Program-made: the position numbers and the translations under genes
Notes under the pieces: model-generated
Seen by the model: only the letters and a program-made list of their open reading frames with translations
What the model was told of the DNA's origin: nothing
Database searches by the model: none
In this document: positions 29,301 through 41,300 of the stretch, in pieces
Position numbering within the stretch: the stretch's first letter is position 1
Layout: each line of letters opens with the position of its first letter
DNA from: Pecten maximus
Taxonomy: Eukaryota
NCBI RefSeq assembly: GCF_902652985.1
Contig: NC_047015.1
Span: 23,312,001 to 23,376,000 of the forward strand
DNA length: 64,000 nt
Direction of reading: 5' to 3'

Positions 29301-32300
29301 TTCAGAATTGGCTAACCATACCCACTGTCGACTAGGCGGCTGAGTGGAATTGACTGAAATGACAATAACAATACATATCAAAATGAGAATGTAATTAATT
29401 TATGAAACACTTACTTCACTTACAAATGTTATGAAGTCTCACAAAGTCCCTTGTTTCACCACAGCAATAAACAGTACACTCTTCCATAGGGTGGGATGCA
29501 CTATAACATACTTGAAGAAGGGTTATTTTTTGGTTTTGTGCCTTTGGCAGTTCTCATTGTTCAAGATACTCTGAAAGTGATCTGTAATGCCTTGGGAGAA
29601 GGCATCCATTAAAGTACTATTGGAAAAAAGAAATTCATGCTTTCTTCAGGAGGTCCAGGCTAGCCTAGATCAATGTGCCAGTGCCCGATTGGCCCCCTTA
29701 CGGATCAGATTAATTTGTCACCAATTTCTACTCTCATCTATAAATAGGTTGACAGGGTAGGAATAAAGAAAGTGATGTCTGGGACAGTATCAAACATACA
29801 CACGAAGTAAAGAGGTAACTCCTCTTGTGATTTTATCACAAAGCTGCTAGTGGAAATGCAAAACAAACCTTTGAGAACTTCCAAAACTTCTAAAAGACCC
29901 TGCAGCTCAGGAAGTCAGAATGAGCTGAATGTTCAGTTAGATCAAGGTCATATGATATAATCCTGTACTTGTTTATATATATGGACCAATGTGGGGGTAA
30001 GGGCCATGTAGTAGTCCATAGGGACTTATTTGGAGCTTGAGGCTAGGCTCATCTACTAGTCTCTGATCTATAGGGACCAAGCTTAACTAGTCTATAGGGA
30101 CCAATTTGGGGACTAGGTTAATGTACTTATCTATAGGGGTGGGGGCAATGTGGGGCTACAAGACTCATAATGCACAAGGCTATAGGGGGTCAATGTGGGG
30201 GCTGATCCTGTTACAGTCTATAGAGGCCAATCAGGGGGCTAGGACCCTGTTAGTCTATAGAGGCCCAATGTGGGGGGCTAGGACCCTGTTAGTCTATAGA
30301 GGCCCAATGTGGGGGCTAGGATCCTGTTAGTCTATAGAGGCCCAATGTGGGGGCTAGGATCCTGTTAGTCTATAGAGGCCCAATGTGGGGGCTAGGATCC
30401 CGTTACAGTCTATAGAGGCCCAATGTGGGGGGCTAGGATCCTGTTAGTCTATAGAGGCCCAATGTGGGGGGCTAGGATCCCGTTACAGTCTATAGAGGCC
30501 CAATGTGGGGGGCTAGGATCCTGTTAGTCTATAGAGGCCCAATGTGGGGGGCTAGGATCCTGTTAGTCTATAGAGGCCCAATGTGGGGGGCTAGGATCCT
30601 GTTACAGTCTATAGAGGCCCAATGTGGGGGGCTAGGATTCTGTTACAGTCTATAGAGGCCCAATGTGGGGGCTAGGATTCTGTTACAGTCTATAGAGGCC
30701 CAATGTGGGGGGCTAGGATCCTGTTACAGTCTATAGAGGCCCAATGTGGGGGCTAGGATCCTGTTACAGTCTATAGAGGCCCAATGTGGGGGGCTAGGAT
30801 CCTGTTACAGTCTATAGAGGCCCAATGTGGGGGGCTAGGATTCTGTTACAGTCTATAGAGGCCCAATGTGGGGGCTAGGATTCTGTTAGTCTATAGAGGC
30901 CCAATGTGGGGGCTAGGATCCCGTTACAGTCTATAGAGGCCCAATGTGGGGGGCTAGGATCCTGTTACAGTCTATAGAGGCCCAATGTGGGGGCTAGGAT
31001 TCTGTTACAGTCTATAGAGGCCCAATGTGGGGGGCTAGGATTCTGTTACAGTCTATAGAGGCCCAATGTGGGGGCTAGGATCCTGTTACAGTCTATAGAG
31101 GCCCAATGTGGGGGCTAGGATTCTGTTACAGTCTATAGAGGCCCAATGTGGGGGGCTAGGATCCTGTTACAGTCTATAGAGGCCCAATGTGGGGGGCTAG
31201 GATCCTGTTACAGTCTATAGAGGCCCAATGTGGGGGCTAGGATCCCGTTACAGTCTATAGAGGCCCAATGTGGGGGCTAGGATCCTGTTACAGTCTATAG
31301 AGGCCCAATGTTGGGGCTAGGATTCTGTTAGTCTATAGAGGCCCAATGTGGGGGCTAGGATTCTGTTACAGTCTATAGAGGCCCAATGTGGGGGGCTAGG
31401 ATTCTGTTACAGTCTATAGAGGCCCAATGTGGGGGGCTAGGATTCTGTTACAGTCTATAGAGGCCCAATGTGGGAGGCTAGGATCCCGTTACAGTCTATA
31501 GAGGCCAATGTGGGGGGCTAGGATCCTGTTAGTCTATAGAGGCCCAATGTGGGGGGCTAGGATCCCGTTACAGTCTATAGAGGCCCAATGTGGGAGGCTA
31601 GGATCCCGTTACAGTCTATAGAGGCCCAATGTGGGGGGCTAGGATCCTGTTAGTCTATAGAGGCCCAATGTGGGGGCTAGGATTCTGTTACAGTCTATAG
31701 AGGCCCAATGTGGGGGGCTAGGATTCTGCTCGTCAAGTTCTATCAACATTTATATTAAACCATGCATGGTGATAAGATCTGGTATCAGGTGCCTGCTCCA
31801 GATGACAGCCCAGATAATGATATTTAAACTCTCAATACACAAAGAAAAAAACATGTACACAACATAGTTTATCAAATCTCCATCCACAAAAAAACAATGC
31901 CCCGAGAGTCCTGATGTGTATATGGCAGAGGTCAGTGTAGGACACCACCGACATGTGTCAGTGACATGCTATATGGACCTATACCTATCAGCATGTATAA
32001 TATGTATATCAATCATACAACAGCTGCTGTTCAAAGTTACATCAAAAGGGGGGAAATTACGCTCTGAATAAATTGAATTTTAATCAAATGTTTCTGAATT
32101 AATTGAAACCTGAGCCTCAGATATACAACAGGACAAAGTAAGAATAGTCTTGTTTATGGAAGAAATGAAGAATTTTAACAGGTCTTTATGTGCATGTGCA
32201 TAAATAATACCTAAACAGCAGGTAGGAGTCAGCCATGCTGAACATGTTGACTTATACTGCCTTTATTGGGAGTCCATGTATAGGTGGGATAAAGGCAACA

Positions 32301-35300
32301 TTTAGTGTCCAGTAATCAATTAAATCATTACAATTATAAATAAAATCTCTCAGCTTAAGTCTACCTTTTGCAGGTGAAGGTACACATGTTAATTAATGCA
32401 TGATTCTTTGGCCCCCTTAAGACTCAAGAACTCATGTTTATACATGCCCCTGATTATCGGAAAAGAATCACTGAAGCATATGACCAGACTGGCATACACT
32501 AATTGACTATCCATTACAAATTAATAAACTTCATTACAACCCCTGGAAACATCAATACATAGGGAGGATGTATTACCTAGGCCATGACAGAATCGATACT
32601 ACTTACTGTTTTGTTTTGTAGAGAATACTTATTTCAATGTATACTAGCTGGAACACAAACAGTATCACCTACATGACAATAAGTTTGTTTACTGATATAA
32701 AAGGTGTCATATGTAAACAGACCAAAGGCAACACGAAGTTTTAAATCAGAATGTAATAAGAACTTAAGGAAATGACTGAAACTGTCAGTCACAAGTTCCA
32801 TAACAATTAGCTGACTCTATGGGATTAACTATGGATCCCAGTGGTTTTGATGCTTTCTGTTGAATGCCGTGTATTGCAAGAGTAGGACTGAACAGCCAGA
32901 AAGAATGACTATCAGTATATTATGCCATAGGATTAAAATAGAGTACAATATAATGGGAAAACTATTGAATATTTATTACATTTCTCCAGAAAATGGACTA
33001 CTGGTACATGTAGTCTAAAAGAAAGCTGTAAGCCATTCCAATGCTTACTGATCATGAACATCATTTTCATATTCTACTAAAAAAATCATTTTCATATTCT
33101 ACTAAAAAAAAATATCTTATTTTCATTGTACACAAAATACTTTTATCAAGTGGTAAGTATATATATGATGACTGTTAAAAAAAAAAAAAAGTGAAATTGT
33201 TAAATAAGATCTGGAGACCCGACATTGAAGGTATGCATCATGTAGTGGTTCAGCAGCTGAAACAGGAGGTAGAACTGTGGAAAGTTGATCCCTTTAGTAG
33301 GAAACCTGCTGAAGGTCTACTAGACTGAACCATTGCTGGTGTCAATATTGATTGGGGATAACAACTTGCTGGGTGTTCCTGCTGCTTAAATACTGTATTC
33401 CATCACTCCAGCAACTGTAAGGAAAGCCACACACCCCAGATCAATACAAAACACTCCAGTAAACACCATCTCCTGTACCAGGGTTTGTTCACCTATACCC
33501 TAGCACCTCAAGTGAGGCACCAGGGTCTATACATGTACATACACCAACACCCCATGTCAGAAACCAGGGTCTATACATGTACATATATCCATACCCCATG
33601 TCAGAAACCAGGGTCTATACATGTACGTATATCCATACCCCATGTCAGAAACCAGGGTCTATACATGTACATACACCCATCACCTCAAGTGAGGCACCAG
33701 GGTCTATACATGTATATATATCCACACCCCATGTCAGAAACCAGGGTCTATACATGTACATACACCCACACCCCATGTCAGAAACCAGGGTCTATACATG
33801 TACATACACCCACACCCCATGTCAGAAACCAGGGTCTATACATGTACATACACCCACACCCCATGTCAGAAACCAGGGTCTATACATGTACATACACCCA
33901 CACCCCATGTCAGAAACCAGGGTCTATACATGTACATATACACCCACACCCCATGTCAGAAACCAGGGTCTATACATGTACATACACCCACACCCCATGT
34001 CAGAAACCAGGGTCTATACATGTACATACAACCACACCCCATGTCAGAAACCAGGGTCTATACATGTACATACAACCACACCCCATGTCAGAAACCAGGG
34101 TCTATACATGTACATACAACCACACCTCATGTCAGAAACCAGGGTCTATACATGTACATACACCCACACCCCATGTCAGAAACCAGGGTCTTTACATGTA
34201 CATACACCCACACCCCATGTCAGACACCAGGGTCTTTACATGTACATACAACCACACCTCATGTCAGACACCAGGGTCTTTACATGTACATACACCCAGC
34301 ACCTCAAACCAGGAACAAACCACCAGGCACTAACAAACCTCAAGTTAGGTACCAGCGCCTACTTGGTACTTGTGGTTCAATGTAAAACATTACTTAAGTC
34401 AGGTACAAAAGATCTTCACCCTACCACATTTCATCACCCCAACATGATCCACATATAACTACCAACATGTTTATCATAAACACTGAACTCGAAGTACCAG
34501 TGTGAATCAAGTTCTGTGCTATATCTTTATATAGATTATTTGGAGCAGGAATCTATCAGCTTGTGGTACTCACAAGTTGTATCTCTACACCAACAAAATC
34601 ATTCATATATCCTAATGGTTGATGAGGTCATTGTTATTTATCACCAAAATATTATCAAAACAAACAGTGTCTATTAGTTAGCAGACTAAACAATGCAGTG
34701 CTGAGAGGTCTAGTCAATAAGGAGTAACAGATGTGTCATACTTAGTGGTCATCATTAATAGGGATTCAGCTACTGAATGAAATCTTCAGGGATTCAGCTG
34801 CTGTACGTTACCCGAGGGATTCATCAGCTGAATCCTCAAGTTGTGTACTATACTGGTATATGAGTGATTCAGCTTGGGTAGGAAACATGTGGGACAGATA
34901 TATGGGACATCCATCAGTGACACTTCTTTGTATCTGTATAACACAACACATGTTACACTTGGCCTAGTTACACAAACTCTATCCCCTGATTACATATACA
35001 TTTACCTGAATATTTTCTTCTTCATTTCCAAACAGATACCTAGATGTAATTTCATCTTGTCATAATAATCACATCATCACTTTGGCCTCTGTATATAATG
35101 GTCAAACAATAACTTACCTGTCTAGATGTATTAGATATAATTTATTTATACCAATACTGAGCTAAGTTTATGTGTAGTAGCCATCAAATGTCTTCCATCA
35201 AATGTCTTCACAATATGATAGCCAGCTGATTAAAAAGTACCATTTCATTGTAAGGAAACACATGTATTGACTGTTTCTTTGGTCTAACAAAGTTTAGTGG

Positions 35301-38300
35301 AATTAAAAAAGTACTTTGTACAAGACATTTCATATATAGATATAAGTTATTTTTAATACTCTGTTTTCTTTGCTGTATTTTCTACCCTAGACTAATATCA
35401 ACAGATTAGGGATAATGATTCCTCTTTATTGAGGAAATCTGAGCAAAATTTCTTTTCTTCTGGTCCAAGTTCACTAAAATATTGTGATACTGGTGTTAAT
35501 TGTGTTAATACTGGACATGACAACACCGAAAATTAATACCACTCACAAATATCTGACATTTACACAATTCAACTTCTACCATAGTAAACTAGTGGTAAAA
35601 CAGAAACTTAGTAAAACTAATGACTTCAAGTTTATGTCTACAGTTCCACTGACCTGGTTTCTAGATTACCCCTGCCATAAGTGTAGCATGCAGCATACAA
35701 TTATTAATATCACTCAGGCTTGGCTCCCTTTTGTTTTGATCTTGTTCTACTGGCTAACTCTGGATAATGTAATGTACAGATCAGCAATCAAGTCATGTCT
35801 GGCTTAAACTCAATGGCTGACTTATGCTAGGTTGTGGACCTAAATCTGTTAAGGTCATTTTATACAGAATAAACATTATTTTTTTGGTTTATCTGAGGTT
35901 AGTTTGTTGTCCTTACAAAAGGTAAGATTGTATAACAACAGTAACCATATATCTGACAGGGCGTCATCTGAAATGTCATAATCTGCAATTTCTGTACACG
36001 GTATCATGACAATCCACCCTGTCACATTAAACAGGCTAACCAGATTCTTGTTCCAATATATAAAGACAAAGGTTAAACGGAGAGTAGTGAGTACATTTAA
36101 TTATAAGGATATTTTGTTTGTCTTGGTCAGGAGACTAGAACCCATGGCCTTCTTTACTTCCAAACTCAACTCTTGCCAAGTCAAGCAATACAAAAAGTAG
36201 AAGGAAGTAGAAAGGAGATAAAAATATTTTCTTTGTTTTCGTGACATTTGAGTCGATTGAGAGGGCACAACACAAAAACCTCAATATCCTGTACTCAGCT
36301 GTAGGGATCTAAATTTCCATCTTAGGATTACAATGAGTTTAATTGTATAATGAATTCAACATAAAGTAAGCAGTTACTTGAATCTTAATTGACAGTACTT
36401 TATTTCACCACAGTGCACTTTTCTTTTTTGATAGAGCACATTTGTAACCAATAAAAAGAAGAGTCATACACAAAAAAAAAAAAAAAAAAAGAAGAATCAA
36501 TTCCCTTTGGTAACAGTTGAAATTAGATAAGTTATGATCATTTATTTTATGATTATTCGATCAAACCAATAGGTGACAATGCCCAAGATATTATACTCAC
36601 AAGATCTTAGTTGATGTGGGGGGATCATCTGTGTCTTGGGGACATTGGTTGTGTCCAGGGGGTGGCTGTACATAGAAGTGGCAAGGCTGTATACTGGAGG
36701 GTAGATGTATGGCCAGTACCAGTGGGGCACCGACATGTGGGACAGGTCTGTCAACGATTCCGAGGAGGGCTCCCCCGAAACACCAGACTGCCACATCAAC
36801 TCAGACATGGAATGATTCCTGGAAGTTGCATAGTTGTTTTCAGCACTATGTAGCTGACTGATGATGCCTGATGAATCATTAGTGTCTATTAACCAGCTAT
36901 GATCATAATACACAGTAAATGTTACATCAGTACCCGTCAAATCAACATAAACACTGTCAGGGAACAGGTCTTCACTGGATTTACCTCCCCTTCCAGCAAT
37001 ATCTATATCCAGCAGTTGTCTACCCCTGTCAGATCTTTGGCAATTGTTCTTTGGATTTCTAGATTTGAATGGTTGAGCATTTTTGGATAATTTGGACTGA
37101 GCGGGTGGTATGGTAGGTGAGACTTCAGAGGAATCAGTTGTGGTTGTCAAAGATGCCTCATCAGCTTCCGAATCTCGTATAGTAGTAGGTACAGTGAAAG
37201 ATGCAGGACTTGGTTCCTCACACTCCTGGTCCTCATGGAATTCAAAGGCATTGTCTCCATGGTCATAGTAATACCGACTATTATACAAATCAGATAGACA
37301 CTGAGGACATTCTGAGGGTGGGCAGTCAAATCGTACCAGGGGACATCCTGTTGTGAACAAAGCCAATTTCTCCAACTCGTCTTTGGACATTCTGGAATTC
37401 TCTGAATTTTCGTATGAAACGGACTGATCAGAGTCAGACTGGATTTCAGAACTTGAGATTGTAGATCCATTTTCACTCTCTGTATCTTCTGTTGTAACAG
37501 AACTTTTCTCACTGCTATTCAAGTCATTGCATATGACATCAACATTTTCACATTCGATGATGCTCCTGGGTCGAGAGCTGTCCTTTGTGTCAGTGACATA
37601 GTTTGCATTATTGAGAACATAATTAGCCACAAGTTTTGAATTTCTGTTTTGGGCACTGTGTGTGAAATTTGTACACCTGTCTTTCTGATGGGACTTCTCT
37701 ATGACAGAGATTAAGGCACTTAGATGTTTGACATCATTCTTTCGTTTGAGATGTTTGATGTTGGTTGAATTGTCCTCCCTACCTGAAGAACTGTCCCCTT
37801 CGTTGTCTATGGATACCTCAACATCCTTACATTTGATTACAGTGTCCGCCAGAGAGCGCTGTTTCTGTCTCAGAGCTGCCTTTAAAGAATCTTTTAGCTG
37901 AATGACAATTGGGGTATTGGATTTAGTTGGCTTCTGGCGAGATTTCTGTTTCCATTTGGGGCTATTTCGTGAACGTTCTTTTTGGCACTTTTTACATGCT
38001 TGATGAGTTGTAGTGGCAGGACTCTTCCACATGTTTTTAACATAAATGGGTTCTACAGGCTCAACCGCGTCCATTATACTGACCACTTCACGCTTGACCA
38101 CTGCCATCTTAGCCATGTATATATTTCAAAGACTCACTGACCTTAGAACTGCATTCTGTTGTGACTGGACCCACGTCCCCTTTAGTTATGACAGGACGTG
38201 TTCTATCCGCAATGGTTTGCTATATTCACCTGTGTATCATAAGACAAAGGCTTCGGTGTTTCTAGGTAGGAGCATGCCAATAACTCTATTACAATTACGT

Positions 38301-41300
38301 AGTCTTACACACAACAAGGTCCGTTTTCGTCACTTAAGCCATCAATTCAAACACAAAAAACACTCAATTTGAAGCAGTGGTTCTAAACAAAACCTCCACA
38401 AGTTTCACTGACTCAAGTTCAGGTAATGATCACACCAATAACCGTCTCACAGGAACACCAACACATAACATAAAAGTAGACAAAGAGCCAATCCTCAATG
38501 GGCACACGATTTGTACACTGACACAGACCTCTCTCCACCCAAGGAGATTTGTCCAATACGTAATGTCTACTTATAGAGTCTGTGTGTTAGATATCCCAAT
38601 CCTTCAATAGAATCTTACTGAATACTGTGGAAATGAGATCAACATTAGAATTTTGTTAAACGGTGACAATTTCCTGCTCTTTGTTCGGCTAGTGACATGT
38701 GCTTTGGTTGAGAGTCCAGTGGACACAAGGCCATTGCCCCGGTAAATATTTAGTCAGAACCTTGATCTGATGAAAATGTCACCAAGTAGTACTAATAAAG
38801 TAGTCACCTGTTTAGAAAGTTACATCACATCATTACACATTACTGATGATATCACTGATCATATATGTATTACACACCTCCTTCCAGCCATTTTCTCCGA
38901 TACCATCCAAGTAAATAGTCCATATCTCAATAAAATCAAATCCAGACTTTTGTTTAGAAAATAAACAGGTATATGGCAGGGTTGAGTGAGGTGAGGTGTC
39001 TAGCGTGTTCCCCCAGGGCTGTATCACACAGGGGTTAGAACACCTAGGTAAGGTATACACAGTACTAATAGTGTTGTACACACATGTAGCTCCATTCCCG
39101 GTGTGGTTCACGCATGTCTGTGTTCAGTGGCGGGTATATCCATTCAAGTTCAGTAATCTGTGTATGATTAGTTAACCAAGCCTGCAAAAAAGGTCGTATA
39201 CTGTGATATCCCTCGCCAACAGAGAAAGTCACTGGTTAACAAAGGCCAGGACTGTACACAGTAGTAGTTTACCATACAGGCTTAAAGGCAAATGTTTATG
39301 ATGATTATCATATACCTGTTAAAGTGTTCACTGCCTATTAACTGTAGATCCTGAGTCAATACTATAAGTCCTTATTCACATGCTACTTTCCTTTTTGTGG
39401 ACCATGTGCTTTCACAGGCAGTTAGTACACGCTGATTAATTTTATGAATGGCTGTGAGTAGGAGTTGTAGAAGTGTTATCTTATCGGGTGTCAGGAGTTG
39501 TAAGATTCTTGACCTTGTACCTGATGACACTCCCCCACACACATTTGACCCCATTGAGGGGCTAGGCTAAGGGAGGGGCAATAGATGAGTAACACTTCAC
39601 TTCAGGAGATGCATTTTGTCCTGGTACATTCCCCATAACCACACCAGTAAAGCAGCGGTGACGTAGAGCGGTGAGGTGAACAATTACTTCACATACCAAC
39701 CTTGTTTGCTTAGTAATCCTTTTGTTATCGTTTTGTCTGTTGATCAAAACGAAATATATGTTATTCTCGGAAAAGTCTGGAGAAAGGAGAAAAGAAGCCA
39801 CTTTGTTGTGATGTATAAGAGCATACACTGGTAGGGCGGCTCATTAATCAGTTATTATGAAGTGTATACATACAGGTAAAGCTGCTCCTTCATTAATCAG
39901 TCATTATGATGTGTGGCAGACCAACATGTGCTGGCTATATATATTACCATGTATACATGTGTGTGTCCCTATCTCACCTCTATCTATGGCTTTGATATCC
40001 GCATGGGTCCTACACAGGCCCTATACTGATGTGTCCACTCATGGGTTGATGTACTTGCCCCTGAAGATGAGCTTACCTTTGACCATCTATATAACCAGTG
40101 GAGGTGTATATGTCCTCTCAGTACACCTTGGCCTTGCTAGCTATGTACTCCTTCGTGTGTACGTCCTATTTCAGACAGTGCTGATGACCACTGTGCACTG
40201 CGTTCCTGATAGAATGCCCCTAACTGCCTCCCCTACACAGGTCCTCAGACCCTCAACATCACAAATTCCATGATGGTTCCCATTTGTCATACAACCAGCT
40301 CACCATCTCTCTCCAGTGCAGGGGAAATCACCTCAACTTCATGACATCACAAATGCTAATCAACATCTCCAGCATCCATAGCTAGTCACATGACCGACAT
40401 CATTGCCAAAGAGTAGTGTTCCACTGGTTTTTCTAAACATTAGAGAGTGGTCGTACACAATAACCAATAAACAGCTTTTGTTATTCTTCCAGCCTCTCGG
40501 TGAATAGAAAATATTGTCAAATAAAAGGTGGAGTCAATAATTTAAGAACTAGAGCCTTGACTCATCAGCTGACAGGGTGTTATACAACCAAGACTAATGC
40601 TGGTTTTGTTTAATCCTAGTTCTGGTGACAATTATTATTAATTCTAATAAAAACACACACTATATAAATCTATAACAAAATATACATATTGATGCTATAT
40701 ATATATATAGGAGCTTTATTTTTCAGGACATCATGTTCCGAGGAAGGCAATATGAGTCAGTACTGTTATGTGTATATAGTAAAGAGCAGGAAATCAATAC
40801 AGAAGAAGCCCCAACAATATCAAAATGTCATTACAAGATTGATATTGTACTAAACATTTACTATCCTTATCTGGAGTCGGGAAAGCTACAGCTGGCGTGA
40901 TGGCTTTATATAAGGGCTTTGTCCCTTTCTCAGGTCATCAACATCTATATCACCTTACACAAGCATCTCCTATATAGCTATCTCACACCAAAAGATTAAA
41001 CTGAATATAGGAACTCCAACAGGCTTCTTTAAACTCAGATATAATGGGAATGAGTTAAGAGACTTGGTTTATCATACCTAAGATTATTGTATTGTACATT
41101 TTAAAACCATTTAGATTGCAAGAAAATGACTTTTAACCACATATGTAATGCCATTGTCAGGCAATTATGATTTCGACCTATTTTATTCATTAGGACACTT
41201 CATCGTGATTTTGTCCTGTTTTATTCCTCAGGACACTAAATTGTGATTTCGTCCTATACTATTCCTTAGGACACTTAGTTGTAATTTTGTCCTATATTAT

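Noticed and set aside
30190-31728. G-quadruplex array
   Set aside because: Only one long G run per ~40-bp unit, so loops would be about 35 nt. A weak candidate.
34565-35200. Minus-strand donor-like sites at 34573 (GTGAGT) and 35117 (GTAAGT) as further alternative coding exons
   Set aside because: The phase-1 frames have stops shortly upstream. The only ATG-led frame at 34573 is phase 0 and incompatible with the 29353 acceptor.
36542-38116. 524-aa ORF as a transposon protein or processed retrogene
   Set aside because: I see no transposase, RT, gag or integrase motifs, and no TIR/LTR or TSD. The nearby A19 run is T19 on the coding strand, so it is not a poly(A) tail. Not fully excluded without a database search.
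39857-40273. 138-aa plus-strand ORF
   Set aside because: No recognisable motif or splice context, and the length is attainable by chance.
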